Below, piece after piece: positions 40,026 to 49,787 of a DNA stretch of 64,000 bases; positions within the stretch are counted from its first letter, which is position 1, and each line of letters starts with the position of its first letter. The notes below the pieces were generated by a model, which was not told the DNA's origin, did no database searches, and saw only the letters and a list, made by a program, of their open reading frames with translations. This DNA comes from Candidatus Bathyarchaeota archaeon. Lineage in GTDB: Archaea > Thermoproteota > Bathyarchaeia > Bathyarchaeales > Bathycorpusculaceae. Location: contig CAWGYA010000008.1 in the NCBI GenBank assembly GCA_963826715.1, forward strand, positions 736,001-800,000. The letters run 5' to 3'. Position numbers and translations under genes: made by a program.

Positions 40026-40814
40026 GTGATTATTATGAAAGTTGCAGTTGCAGGTAAAGGCGGCGTCGGCAAAACTCTTATTGCCGGGGGACTGGCAAGC
40101 GGGTTTGCGGCGCGTCATCTTAAAACAATCGCGATAGATGCAGACTCATCTCCAAACTTAGGTTTAACGTTGGGTTTGACTGCGGAAGAAACCCGAAAAA
40201 TCGTGCCCATATCCGACAACAAGGATCTAGTCGAATCTAAAACGAGCACCGGTTATTCTGGTGTTTACAACCTTAACTTCAGCGTTGATGATATTGTTAA
40301 GCAGTATTCTGTGCCTACCCCTCTGGGTGCAAACTTGATAGTTATGGGGACTGTTCATTCCATGGGTGCAGGTTGTATGTGTGCTCCAACAGCAGTTATC
40401 CGGGCACTTCTTAGACATTTAGTGGTAGAAATTAACGAAGCAGTGGTTTTGGACCTTGAAGCCGGAGTGGAACATATCGGCAGAGGTACAGCACGGCAGG
40501 TTGATGCATTGCTAATTGTGGCGGATTCTAACTTGAAATCGCTTGAAATTGCCAAACACATCCACGACATGGCATCTGCGGCTGATATGAAACATCTCTA
40601 CCTTATTGGCAACCGTGTAATGAACGACGAACAAAAACAAGCCATTCAAAAATTCGCTGACCAAAACGGTATCATTGTGCTTGCCTATGTGCCCTGGGAT
40701 CAGAAAGTCATTGAATTCGACATGCTAGGCGTTACTCCGCTGAAAAACAAGGAAATTGAAGCGGTTAAGTCCATTGATAATATATGTGAGCTTTTGCTAA
40801 AGGAAAAAACATAG
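40026..40814 (+). CDS. cooC: CooC/AcsF nickel-insertion ATPase
   Basis: 'GKGGVGKT', 'DADSSPNL', 'GCMCAP', 'DLEAGVEHIGRG'. Confidence 0.9.
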   Translation: MIIMKVAVAGKGGVGKTLIAGGLASGFAARHLKTIAIDADSSPNLGLTLGLTAEETRKIVPISDNKDLVESKTSTGYSGVYNLNFSVDDIVKQYSVPTPLGANLIVMGTVHSMGAGCMCAPTAVIRALLRHLVVEINEAVVLDLEAGVEHIGRGTARQVDALLIVADSNLKSLEIAKHIHDMASAADMKHLYLIGNRVMNDEQKQAIQKFADQNGIIVLAYVPWDQKVIEFDMLGVTPLKNKEIEAVKSIDNICELLLKEKT

Positions 40815-40920
40815 TTTTCTATGGTGGTATACCCTGTTAGGTAATAGCCTTATGCGCCTTTATTGGACCCGCTTATTCCTTATTTGAAGTATTATGGTGG
40901 GCGTGTGTGGCGTAAATTGA

Positions 40921-41499
40921 GTGGGAGTGACAATAATGAAGCCATACGAGTTTAAGAAAATTGAAACTGCATTGATTATCTACTGGTCAAAAACTGGCAA
41001 CACCGAGAAAGTAGCAAATGCTATAAAGCAAGGTCTAGAAGATGCAAAAATTCATATAATCATTAAGAAGCCGGAGGAAGCCGAAAATTTAGACTTCTTA
41101 GATTACGACTTAGTTTGCGTAGGGTGCCCCTCCCATTCTTGGCATGCCCCCGAACAGATGTCGAATTTTCTGAAGAAAAAATTTAATTTCTACAGAGAAA
41201 ACGGGAAAATTAAGCTTGGTGCCCCACTATTCCAGGGCAAAAAAGCAATAGTTTTTGTAACCTATTCAGGTCCGCATACAGGAATTAATGAGGCAATTCC
41301 TGTTGGGAAGGATATAGGTCAATACCTTGAGCATATAGGCTTCTCTGTTATCGCTGAATGGTATGTTTTAAGTGAATTTCATGGTTCAAAAGAATTCAGT
41401 ACTCAAGGTCGATTAGGTGATATTAGGGGTAAACCCACGGTAGAGCAATTGCAGGTTGTTAAAGAAAACGTAAATCAATTATTTTTAAAAACTCCATAA
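40921..41499 (+). CDS. Flavodoxin-like protein
   Basis: 'YWSKTGNTEKVA', 'YDLVCVGCPS', 'FVTYSGPHTG'. Confidence 0.85.
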   Translation: MGVTIMKPYEFKKIETALIIYWSKTGNTEKVANAIKQGLEDAKIHIIIKKPEEAENLDFLDYDLVCVGCPSHSWHAPEQMSNFLKKKFNFYRENGKIKLGAPLFQGKKAIVFVTYSGPHTGINEAIPVGKDIGQYLEHIGFSVIAEWYVLSEFHGSKEFSTQGRLGDIRGKPTVEQLQVVKENVNQLFLKTP

Positions 41500-41621
41500 T
41501 TCCTTGTCTTCAAGTTTAAATTTTTAAGCTGTCGAAAAACAGATAGAAACCTAAGTTAGGAACCATAGACAATATATTCGAGTTTTGGCTTAAAAATTAG
41601 GATAGAACTCTTTGAGGTTTA

Positions 41622-42392
41622 TTGGAAATGAAAACTCTTGTTACTATTGGTCGCGGTGGAACAGGAAAATCCAGCTTCACCGCTTTGATGGCGAAATGTT
41701 TCATTGAGAAAGGTCATGCGCCGCTGCTTCTAGTTGATGCTGACCCAGATCAGAATTTGGCTGAGATGCTGGGTGTTGACCTCAAAGAAGCAGGAAAATC
41801 TACTATAGCCGAACTCTTGGTGAATACCTTCATAGAGAAAGGTGGCACGACAGTCGGTGTTCCTCCAACAGAGCGTATAGAAAGTCGTATTTGGGAAAAC
41901 GGGTTGTATGAAAGCAAAAATTTCGATTTTATTTCTGTAGGCACTAAATGGATTGAAGGTTGCTATTGTATGCCTAATTCCGCGCTTAAGGGTGCATTGG
42001 AATCTTTAACTAAAAACTATAAATACATTCTAGTTGATTCGCCTGCGGGTTTGGAAAACCTTAACAGACGTATAACATCAGATGTCGATGACATCTTTGA
42101 TATACTGGATCACTCAAAGAAATCTCAAGATCATGTGCGCCGCGCTTATAAAATCGCAAAAGAAGTGGATATGAAATTTAAGAATTTCTACCTTGTTGGA
42201 GGCTATAGATTCCCAGCAGAATTGGGTAAAGTGGCCGAAGAGGACTTGAAATTTAAGTACCTGGGCAAAATCGAGGCAGATGAACACTTGGACGATTACG
42301 TTTTGAACGGGAAATCACTGCTTGAGTTACCTAACGAAAATAAAGCGTATCTTTCTGTGCAGAAAATCCTTAACAGTTTAGGTTACCTGTAA
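41622..42392 (+). CDS. cooC: Second CooC/AcsF ATPase
   Basis: 'GRGGTGKS', 'DADPDQNL', 'EGCYCMPN', 'DSPAGLENLNRR'. Confidence 0.88.
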   Translation: MEMKTLVTIGRGGTGKSSFTALMAKCFIEKGHAPLLLVDADPDQNLAEMLGVDLKEAGKSTIAELLVNTFIEKGGTTVGVPPTERIESRIWENGLYESKNFDFISVGTKWIEGCYCMPNSALKGALESLTKNYKYILVDSPAGLENLNRRITSDVDDIFDILDHSKKSQDHVRRAYKIAKEVDMKFKNFYLVGGYRFPAELGKVAEEDLKFKYLGKIEADEHLDDYVLNGKSLLELPNENKAYLSVQKILNSLGYL

Positions 42393-42415
42393 GCGCCGCT
42401 TTTTTTACATAACTT

Positions 42416-42516
42416 TTTTTAAACCTTTCTTTTCTATCGGTCATACCTGACTTTTGCAAAAAGAATCTGGAAAGGTTTAAAAAGATAGTAAGAAGGTTTA
42501 GATGTAAACCTTTACT
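42416..42516. promoter_or_regulatory. cdh operon promoter with nested inverted repeats
   Basis: GAAAGGTTTAAAAA (42470-42483, BRE+TATA-like) has its exact reverse complement at 42416-42429. AAGGTTTA-gatg-TAAACCTT lies at 42493-42512. Confidence 0.6.
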
Positions 42517-42528
42517 GAGGTTTCCAAT

Positions 42529-44877
42529 TTGACCACTAAAAACGTCCGTGTAAAAATAGACGAAATGAAGACCAACTCTGGTCTCATTAAAAACCTTGAG
42601 TTATCCATTGGCAAAGTTATTAATGACAACTATAATGAGCCGATGGGTCCAACTCCTATGCCCTCTATAACCGCTCTCCGCGATTGGGACATGAAGCTTC
42701 TTAATAAGTACAAGCCTTTCTATATGCCCGATTGCGATTCATGCTGTCTTTGTACTTTTGGTAAATGTGACTTGACAGCTGGAAAACGTGGAGCTTGCGG
42801 TTTAGAAATAGGGGCGCAATCATCCCGTATTGTGATGTTAGCATGTGCAATTGGAGCAGCATGTCACACAGCACACTCAAGGCACTTAGTTCATCATTTG
42901 ATCGAAAAATATGGCCGCAGGTATCCCTTAGATGTCGGCGGATTGAATGTGAAAGTTGAAGCGCCAGTCTGTCGCCTTGTAACTGGTATTAAGCCTGAAA
43001 CACTCGGCGATCTGGATGATATTTTAACTTATACAGAAGAGCAGATTACCCAAATTCTTGCAACTGGACACACCGGTCAAGAAAGCAACAACTTAGACTT
43101 TGAATCGAAAGCACTCCATGTCGGTATGGTTGATCATGTAGGTATGGAAGTTGGCGATATCGCTCAAATTTCAGTATTCGGGTATCCAAAAGCTGACCCT
43201 GAAGCGCCACTCGTAAAACTTGGCATCGGTAGTGTTGACCGCACCAAACCCGTCATTATGTGCATCGGCCACAACGTTGTTCCCTCTATCGGAATAATTG
43301 ACTATGCAAAAGAAACCAAAGTTGATGAAAAAATCGAAGTAGTCGGTTTATGCTGTACAGCCCATGACATGACGCGTTACTACAACCGTGCAAGAGTTGT
43401 TGGTCCAATCAGTTGGGAACTTAGATTCATTCGTGCAGGTTTAGCAGACGTAGTGGTGCTTGATGAACAATGTATCCGAACTGATGTTGCAGAAGAAGCT
43501 GCAAAAGTTAATGCACCAGTTATTGCAGCCTCGGAGAAGAACTGTGTTGGCTTCAAGAATCGTACCAATGATCCAACAGACGAAATAGTTTCTGATCTTG
43601 TCAGTGGCAAAGTCAAAGGTGTTCTAGTTCTTGATCCTGAAAAAGTTGGCGAAGTTGCTGTTCGTGTTGCTCAGGCAGTTGCTCCTGTTCGTAAACGTAA
43701 AACTGTGCTTCCAAGTGCAGAGGAAGTTGTGGCAATTGCTAAGGCTTGCACGCAATGTAAGCAATGTCAACGCAACTGTCCACAGGACCACGCTGTTCCA
43801 GCAGCCATTAAAGCGGCAGCTGCAGGTGATCTCTCACTGTTAACGGACCTCTATGAAGTTTGTATCGGATGCGGAAGATGCGAACAATCGTGCCCACAGA
43901 AAATCATGATACACAGCCTTATCGTTAAAGCAGGCGAAAAATCGATGGAATGCGAAGACAATCTTTGCCGAGTAGGCAGAGGTGCAGTCTCAGACGTCGA
44001 AATCCGCAATGTTGGCAGCCCAATTGTCCTGGGAGAAATCCCTGGCATCGTAGCAGTCATAGGATGCAGTAACTATCCGAAAGGCGGGAAAGACGTTTAT
44101 GATATATGCAGAGAATTCGCTAGCAGACGATACATTGTTGTATTATCCGGCTGTTCTGCCATGTCAGCAGGCAGCTACCGTAATAGCGAAGGCAAAACCC
44201 TGTATGAAGAATTCCCAGGTGGATTTGAAGCAGGAGGAGTCCTCAATGTTGGCTCTTGCGTAGCAAACAGCCACATCGCAGGTGCAGCAATTAAAGTTGC
44301 GAACATCTTCGCAAAACGCCCACTTAGAGGAAACTATGAAGAAATCGCAGACTACATACACAACCGTCTCGGCGCAGTCGGCTTAGCCTGGGGTGCATAT
44401 TCACAGAAGGCAGCTGCAATTGCATCAGGCTTCTGGCGCTTAGGTATACCCGTCTTAGTTGGTCCGCACGGAAGCAAATACAGACGTATGCTCCTTGGCC
44501 GGAAAGAAGACCCGTCAAACTGGGAAGTTCTCGATGCACGCACAGGCGAAACTGTCAACGTTGGTCCCGCGCCAGAACACCTCTTCAACGTATCTGAAAC
44601 CAAAGAAGAATGTATGGTTCAGATCGCAAAACTCTGCATCAGACCTAACGACACCTGGAAAGGGCGCAGCATTAAATTGAGCCACTATGTTGACCTCAGC
44701 AAACGCTACTTAGGCGTCATGCCAAATGATCTGCATCTATTTGTGAGAACAATGGCTGATGTCCCCATGACTATGAAAGATGAATTCGAGAAAATCTTGG
44801 CAGCAAACAACTGGAAAGAAACAGTAATTCCAGATCCAACTCTGCTTCCGAGAATGGTACGGAAAATGAAGGAGTAA
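42529..44877 (+). CDS. cdhA: CO dehydrogenase/acetyl-CoA synthase complex subunit alpha
   Basis: 'PMGPTPMP..LRDWD', 'CCLCTFGKCDL', 'CIGHN', 'GLCCTAHD', two 4Fe-4S motifs, 'GSCVANSH'. Confidence 0.96.
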   Translation: MTTKNVRVKIDEMKTNSGLIKNLELSIGKVINDNYNEPMGPTPMPSITALRDWDMKLLNKYKPFYMPDCDSCCLCTFGKCDLTAGKRGACGLEIGAQSSRIVMLACAIGAACHTAHSRHLVHHLIEKYGRRYPLDVGGLNVKVEAPVCRLVTGIKPETLGDLDDILTYTEEQITQILATGHTGQESNNLDFESKALHVGMVDHVGMEVGDIAQISVFGYPKADPEAPLVKLGIGSVDRTKPVIMCIGHNVVPSIGIIDYAKETKVDEKIEVVGLCCTAHDMTRYYNRARVVGPISWELRFIRAGLADVVVLDEQCIRTDVAEEAAKVNAPVIAASEKNCVGFKNRTNDPTDEIVSDLVSGKVKGVLVLDPEKVGEVAVRVAQAVAPVRKRKTVLPSAEEVVAIAKACTQCKQCQRNCPQDHAVPAAIKAAAAGDLSLLTDLYEVCIGCGRCEQSCPQKIMIHSLIVKAGEKSMECEDNLCRVGRGAVSDVEIRNVGSPIVLGEIPGIVAVIGCSNYPKGGKDVYDICREFASRRYIVVLSGCSAMSAGSYRNSEGKTLYEEFPGGFEAGGVLNVGSCVANSHIAGAAIKVANIFAKRPLRGNYEEIADYIHNRLGAVGLAWGAYSQKAAAIASGFWRLGIPVLVGPHGSKYRRMLLGRKEDPSNWEVLDARTGETVNVGPAPEHLFNVSETKEECMVQIAKLCIRPNDTWKGRSIKLSHYVDLSKRYLGVMPNDLHLFVRTMADVPMTMKDEFEKILAANNWKETVIPDPTLLPRMVRKMKE

Positions 44878-44892
44878 ATGGAGGAGAACTAT

Positions 44893-45438
44893 ATGTCCTG
44901 TGAACCATGGCAATGTGCAGAAATAGCATCAACTAAAAAAGCAAACCCCATCCAAAAGCCCGAGATAGCAGTTGCAATGATCAAAAGAGCCCAACGCCCC
45001 CTTCTTATTGTGGGCAGCAACGTTACTGAACGTTGGATGGAGGGCAAACCAGCAATCGAATACATCATTGACTTTGCAAACGCAAGCAAAGTTCCAGTTG
45101 TAGCAACCGCCCATATGGTGGGCGAATTCATCAAACGCGGTTACCAGCCTGCTGGTTTCATGAATGCAATGGAAATTAGTCAACGCGTCGGCGACCCAAC
45201 CTGGATGGGTCTGGACGGCAAAGGTCACCCAGATCTCGTTATGTATGTTGGTATGCCCTACTATATGGAAGCACTTATTCTATCTGGTCTCAAGCATTTT
45301 GCACCAACGCTCAAAACCATGACTCTTGATAATATGTATCATGTGCATGCTAGCTGGTCTTTTCCCAACGCAACCCTTGAAGAGTGGGCTGTAAATCTCA
45401 AAGTAATGACCTCAAAATTTAATGAAGGAGGAAATTAA
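44893..45438 (+). CDS. cdhB: CODH/ACS complex subunit epsilon
   Basis: 'AMIKRAQRPLLIVG', 'WMGLDGKGHPDL', 'LSGLKHFAP', 'ASWSFPN'. Confidence 0.93.
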   Translation: MSCEPWQCAEIASTKKANPIQKPEIAVAMIKRAQRPLLIVGSNVTERWMEGKPAIEYIIDFANASKVPVVATAHMVGEFIKRGYQPAGFMNAMEISQRVGDPTWMGLDGKGHPDLVMYVGMPYYMEALILSGLKHFAPTLKTMTLDNMYHVHASWSFPNATLEEWAVNLKVMTSKFNEGGN

Positions 45439-45440
45439 AA

Positions 45441-46859
45441 ATGTCAATGTTTAAAGATATACCTGTTGAAGTTGGCGTAATATACGAAGGCGAACGTATC
45501 CGAAGAAATGACATGCAAGTAGAGCTCGGCGGACCCACAGTTAAAGAAAAATTTGAACTCGCTAAAGTAAAACCCATGGACCAGGTCGATGATGGCAAAA
45601 TTACCATCATAGGCCCAGACTTAAAAGACCTCAAAGAGGGCGGTGCATATCCGTTCGGCATTCTTGTTGAAGCAGCAGGTGCTAAACTCGATGCGGGTCT
45701 TGAAGGTGTCATTGAAAGGCGCATTCACGGTTACCTCAATTACATTGAGGGCTTCATGCACCTAAACCAGCGTTATGACATTTGGATACGCATCGGCAAA
45801 AAAGCCTTCCAGAAAGGCTTAAACAGCTTTGAGCCAATCGGTAAAGTTCTCTATCGTCTCTTCAAGAGCGAATTGCCAATCATCGAAAAAGTGCAGATAA
45901 CATTCGTAACTGACACTGCTAAACTCAACGAAATGTTCCCAGATGCAGTTCAATCATATGAATCACGCGACGCAAAAGCTCGTGGACTCAAAGACAGTGA
46001 AGTTGACACATTCTATGGTTGCGCTCTATGCCAATCATTCGCACCCAGCCACGTATGCGTTATTACACCCCAACGATACAGCAATTGCGGTGCCATCAGC
46101 TGGTTTGACGGCAAAGCCTCAGCAAGCATCGACCCGAAAGGTCCAGTTTTTGCAATTCCAAGAGGCGAAATGATTAATGAAGAAAAAGGCGAATTCACCG
46201 GTGTTAACGAAGCAGCAAAGAAACGTAGCATGGGCGAAGTTAACAAAGTCTGGCTTTATACAGCCTTTGATCACCCACACACTTCATGTGGATGCTTCGA
46301 AGCAGTAGCTTTCTACATCCCAGAAGTTGACGGCTTAGGCATAGTACAACGTAACTTCAAAGGCGCAACGGTAAACGGCTTGCCCTTCAGTACCATCGCA
46401 GACTCTGCGGCAGGTGGACGTCAAATTGACGGATTCCATGGTATGTCCATCGAGTATATGCGAAGCAAGAAATTCTTTGCAGCAGACGGTGGATGGAACC
46501 GCATCGTTTGGGTGCCTAAAGAAGTAAAAGATCGCGTTAAAGAATTCATCCCGGCAGAAATCGTTGATAAAATTGCAACTGAAGAAGATGCAAAGAATGT
46601 TGAAGAACTCCAAGCTTTCCTGAAAGCAAAGAATCATCCAGTGGTTGCAAAATGGGAAGCAGAAGCAGCTCCAGAAGCCCAAGAAACGTCCGTTGTACAG
46701 GTATCTGAGGAAGCAGCAGGTACTATGATGCCAGTTATGTCTGCAGGTACAATGCCAATCATGGCTGGTGGCTTTAAGATAATTCTTAAAGACGCAAAGA
46801 TCTATGCAAACAAAGTTATCATTCAAACCCTCGACAAAGACGGCAAAGACAAACGGTGA
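45441..46859 (+). CDS. cdhC: Acetyl-CoA synthase subunit beta
   Basis: 'YEGERIR', 'ERRIH..NYIEG.MHLNQR', 'CALCQSFAPSHVC', 'PHTSCGCFE'. Confidence 0.96.
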   Translation: MSMFKDIPVEVGVIYEGERIRRNDMQVELGGPTVKEKFELAKVKPMDQVDDGKITIIGPDLKDLKEGGAYPFGILVEAAGAKLDAGLEGVIERRIHGYLNYIEGFMHLNQRYDIWIRIGKKAFQKGLNSFEPIGKVLYRLFKSELPIIEKVQITFVTDTAKLNEMFPDAVQSYESRDAKARGLKDSEVDTFYGCALCQSFAPSHVCVITPQRYSNCGAISWFDGKASASIDPKGPVFAIPRGEMINEEKGEFTGVNEAAKKRSMGEVNKVWLYTAFDHPHTSCGCFEAVAFYIPEVDGLGIVQRNFKGATVNGLPFSTIADSAAGGRQIDGFHGMSIEYMRSKKFFAADGGWNRIVWVPKEVKDRVKEFIPAEIVDKIATEEDAKNVEELQAFLKAKNHPVVAKWEAEAAPEAQETSVVQVSEEAAGTMMPVMSAGTMPIMAGGFKIILKDAKIYANKVIIQTLDKDGKDKR

Positions 46860-46865
46860 TTCTTT

Positions 46866-48092
46866 ATGACTCACCACGACACAGACAAAAAGAAAGAAGC
46901 TGACGGGCTACAGCTCAGTGAAGAGCTCTTGGCGGCCCTGGCTAAATTCAAGCAAATAGAGCTTGAAGATTTCCAGATGGACGTTAAAGATCTCGAAATA
47001 ATCTTTGAGCCAGGAATGGCTGGGCAAATTATGCCTAAACTGAAGCTTCCCACAGCTATTGCAGGCGGCAAACCTGTTAGTATGCTTTCAAGAGCTTTCA
47101 TGCCTCCAGTTGAGAAATACGTTAACACAATCAGTACAGTCAAACTTGGCGCAACTAAAAGCGAAGGCGGCACACGCGGTAAAACCTACACTATCGGCGG
47201 AGAGCTCTCTCCTGCTTTCTATACTTTTGAGAACTCTATCCCGCACAAGCCAATTGTTACCTTAGACGTTTTCGATATGGAAGTTCCCCTATCCAAAGCG
47301 GTTAAGATGCACGTTAAAGAAGTCGTCGGCGACCCAGCAGCTTGGGCAAAACTTGCGGTCGAAAAGTTCGGCGCAGATATGGTAACAATGCACCTAATCA
47401 GTGTTGACCCCTTGTTAAAGGATGCATCACCCAAAGACGCATGCAAAACCATCGAAAAAGTATTGCAAGCAGTTGATGTACCACTTGTAATCGGTGGATG
47501 TGGTGACCCAGTTAAAGACACCGCGCTATTCGAAGAAGTGTGTGCACAATTTCCAGGTGAACGCTTTCTCATAAGTTCAGTCACTCGCGACATGGATGTT
47601 GACAAATGCGGCGAATTCATCAAGAAATCAGGTCATGCAGTTCTCGCATTTACACCAATGGATCTTAATTTTGCACGCGAATTAAACCGGCACCTCTTTG
47701 ATCACTTAACACGCGAAGACATCATTATGGACTTAACAACCGCAGCTTTAGGTTACGGTTTAGACTATGCTTTTACTAACATGGAACGTGCACGTATCGG
47801 CGGATTAATGGGTGATGTTGAATTGGCGCAACCTATGTCTTCTGGTACAACTAATGCATGGGCAGCCCGTGAAGCTTGGCTTAAGATGTCAGCTGATTGG
47901 GAACCCCGCGAGCTTAGAGGTCCACTTTGGGAAGTCACAACTGCACTCACTCTGTTAACGGCAGGTGTGGATTTGTTCATGATGATGCACCCCGCAGCCG
48001 TCAAAACCCTCAAAGACGTAATCAACTACCTGACAGCTAACAAGAAAGCCGACCCAGCAAAGTTTCTTGATTGGGTCAAGGTAAAGGCTTAA
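46866..48092 (+). CDS. cdhD: Corrinoid Fe-S protein small subunit (delta)
   Basis: 'LGATKSEGGTRG', 'GGCGDPVKD', 'TAALGYGLDY', 'NAWAAREAW', 'MMMHP'. Confidence 0.95.
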   Translation: MTHHDTDKKKEADGLQLSEELLAALAKFKQIELEDFQMDVKDLEIIFEPGMAGQIMPKLKLPTAIAGGKPVSMLSRAFMPPVEKYVNTISTVKLGATKSEGGTRGKTYTIGGELSPAFYTFENSIPHKPIVTLDVFDMEVPLSKAVKMHVKEVVGDPAAWAKLAVEKFGADMVTMHLISVDPLLKDASPKDACKTIEKVLQAVDVPLVIGGCGDPVKDTALFEEVCAQFPGERFLISSVTRDMDVDKCGEFIKKSGHAVLAFTPMDLNFARELNRHLFDHLTREDIIMDLTTAALGYGLDYAFTNMERARIGGLMGDVELAQPMSSGTTNAWAAREAWLKMSADWEPRELRGPLWEVTTALTLLTAGVDLFMMMHPAAVKTLKDVINYLTANKKADPAKFLDWVKVKA

Positions 48093-48098
48093 GGAGCG

Positions 48099-49532
48099 AT
48101 GACTGATATGGCAGAAAAGAAAAAAGGCGGAATAAAAGAACTCAGTCCAATAGCTATCTACAAGAATTTACCCAAAACTAACTGCAAAGAATGCGGTCAA
48201 GACAACTGCATGGCATTCGCTACAAAAATTGTCAACCGTGAAGTCGAACTCGAAGCATGCAAGCCAGTGCTAAAACCGGAATTCGCAAAACAGTATGCTA
48301 CACTAAAAGATATGCTCAAACCAGCTGTTAAAGAAGTAACCATCGGTGTTGGAGAGAAAGCTAAGAAAATCGGCGGCAAACTTGTCATGTACCGCCATGA
48401 GCTTACCTACAAGAATCCAACAGCAATAGCTATCGACGTAACTGACGAAATGCCTGAAAACGAACTTGTCGCCCGTGTACAAAAGACTGAAAATTTCAGC
48501 TTTGAATACATTGGTAACACCCTCAAACTTGACATGATTGCAGTTCGATGCACCTCTGACGATGCCGACAAATTCAAGGTATGCGTTAAGAAGGTCTCCG
48601 AAGCCACCAAACTACCCTTAATACTCTGCTCTATGAACCCTCAAATCATGGAAGCAGGCATTATGGCAGCACCCAAAGTACGCCCACTTCTGTATGCAGC
48701 AACTACAGCAAACTGGAAAGAAATGGCTGAACTCGCAATTATGTACGATGCCCCGCTGGTTGCCTCATCACCAAATGACCTAAACAGTCTCGTCTCATTA
48801 GCAAAGACTCTGCAAGATTATGGCGTTAAAGACATAGTTCTTGATCCAGGCACTTTTGCAAACGAAGGTCTGCAAGACACAATCAACAATTTCACAATGC
48901 TACGACGCGCAGCCACCAAAGCCGGCGATGACTTAGCTGGCTTACCTCTATTGGGGGTTCCAATGGCAGCTTGGGCTAACAAAGGTGAAACCGCAGACGA
49001 CCTAATCAAATGGCGCGAATCATACATCGCATCAATGCTAATTGTCCGCTATGCAGACGCACTCATTATGCACGGCAACGACGGCTGGTCATTACTTCCG
49101 CTTGTAGTTCTACGCCAAAACATTTACACCGACCCGCGCAAACCCGTCGCAGTTGCACCAGGCCTAAAAATCTACGGCACCCCAGACGAGAACTCACCTG
49201 TCATGTTCACCTCAAACTTCGCATTAACCTTCTACACCGTAGCCTCAGACATCGAAAGCAACAAACTAAATGCATACCTAATCGTTGTAGACGCAGAAGG
49301 CAGTGCAATCGACAGCGGAGTTGCAGGACGAAAACTCACAGCTGAGAAAATTGCGGATGCAATCAAAACCTCAGGTATCGAAAGCAAAGTTAAGCATCGC
49401 GTAATCATCAGTCCAGGAAAGGCATCCCGTATCAGCGGTGAAATCGAGGAACTCAGTGGCTGGAAAGTTCAAGTTGGACCACGCGACAGCAGTGAGATAC
49501 CTAAATACATAATCGATAAATGGCAACCATAA
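48099..49532 (+). CDS. cdhE: Corrinoid Fe-S protein large subunit (gamma)
   Basis: 'LPKTNCKECGQDNCMAFA', 'YRHE', 'RQNIYTDPRKP', 'NFALTFYTV', 'VGPRDSS'. Confidence 0.95.
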   Translation: MTDMAEKKKGGIKELSPIAIYKNLPKTNCKECGQDNCMAFATKIVNREVELEACKPVLKPEFAKQYATLKDMLKPAVKEVTIGVGEKAKKIGGKLVMYRHELTYKNPTAIAIDVTDEMPENELVARVQKTENFSFEYIGNTLKLDMIAVRCTSDDADKFKVCVKKVSEATKLPLILCSMNPQIMEAGIMAAPKVRPLLYAATTANWKEMAELAIMYDAPLVASSPNDLNSLVSLAKTLQDYGVKDIVLDPGTFANEGLQDTINNFTMLRRAATKAGDDLAGLPLLGVPMAAWANKGETADDLIKWRESYIASMLIVRYADALIMHGNDGWSLLPLVVLRQNIYTDPRKPVAVAPGLKIYGTPDENSPVMFTSNFALTFYTVASDIESNKLNAYLIVVDAEGSAIDSGVAGRKLTAEKIADAIKTSGIESKVKHRVIISPGKASRISGEIEELSGWKVQVGPRDSSEIPKYIIDKWQP

Positions 49533-49536
49533 ACCA

Positions 49537-49565
49537 TTTTCTTTTTTCCTTTTTTTAATTTTTTA
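49537..49565 (+). terminator. Oligo-T tract terminator after cdhE
   Basis: ttttcttttttccttttttttaattttttt-like T-run immediately after the stop, typical of archaeal terminators. Confidence 0.6.
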
Positions 49566-49787
49566 GTGGTTCAGAACTTCTTTTTTAACTGCTTGGTTTT
49601 CTAGATTTTGGTGATTTTTGTTGGGTTGGTTCAGCATCTTTATTTGAGTTGTTCGTATGTCTCAACCCTGACTTGCTTTAACGTTTCTTGTGTTAAAATT
49701 ACCATAGGTTTTACTTAAATTTGTACTAAAAATTGATAAACCCCCCTTGTTTACTACATGCTTACTTAACGCGAGAAGGGAATAAAA

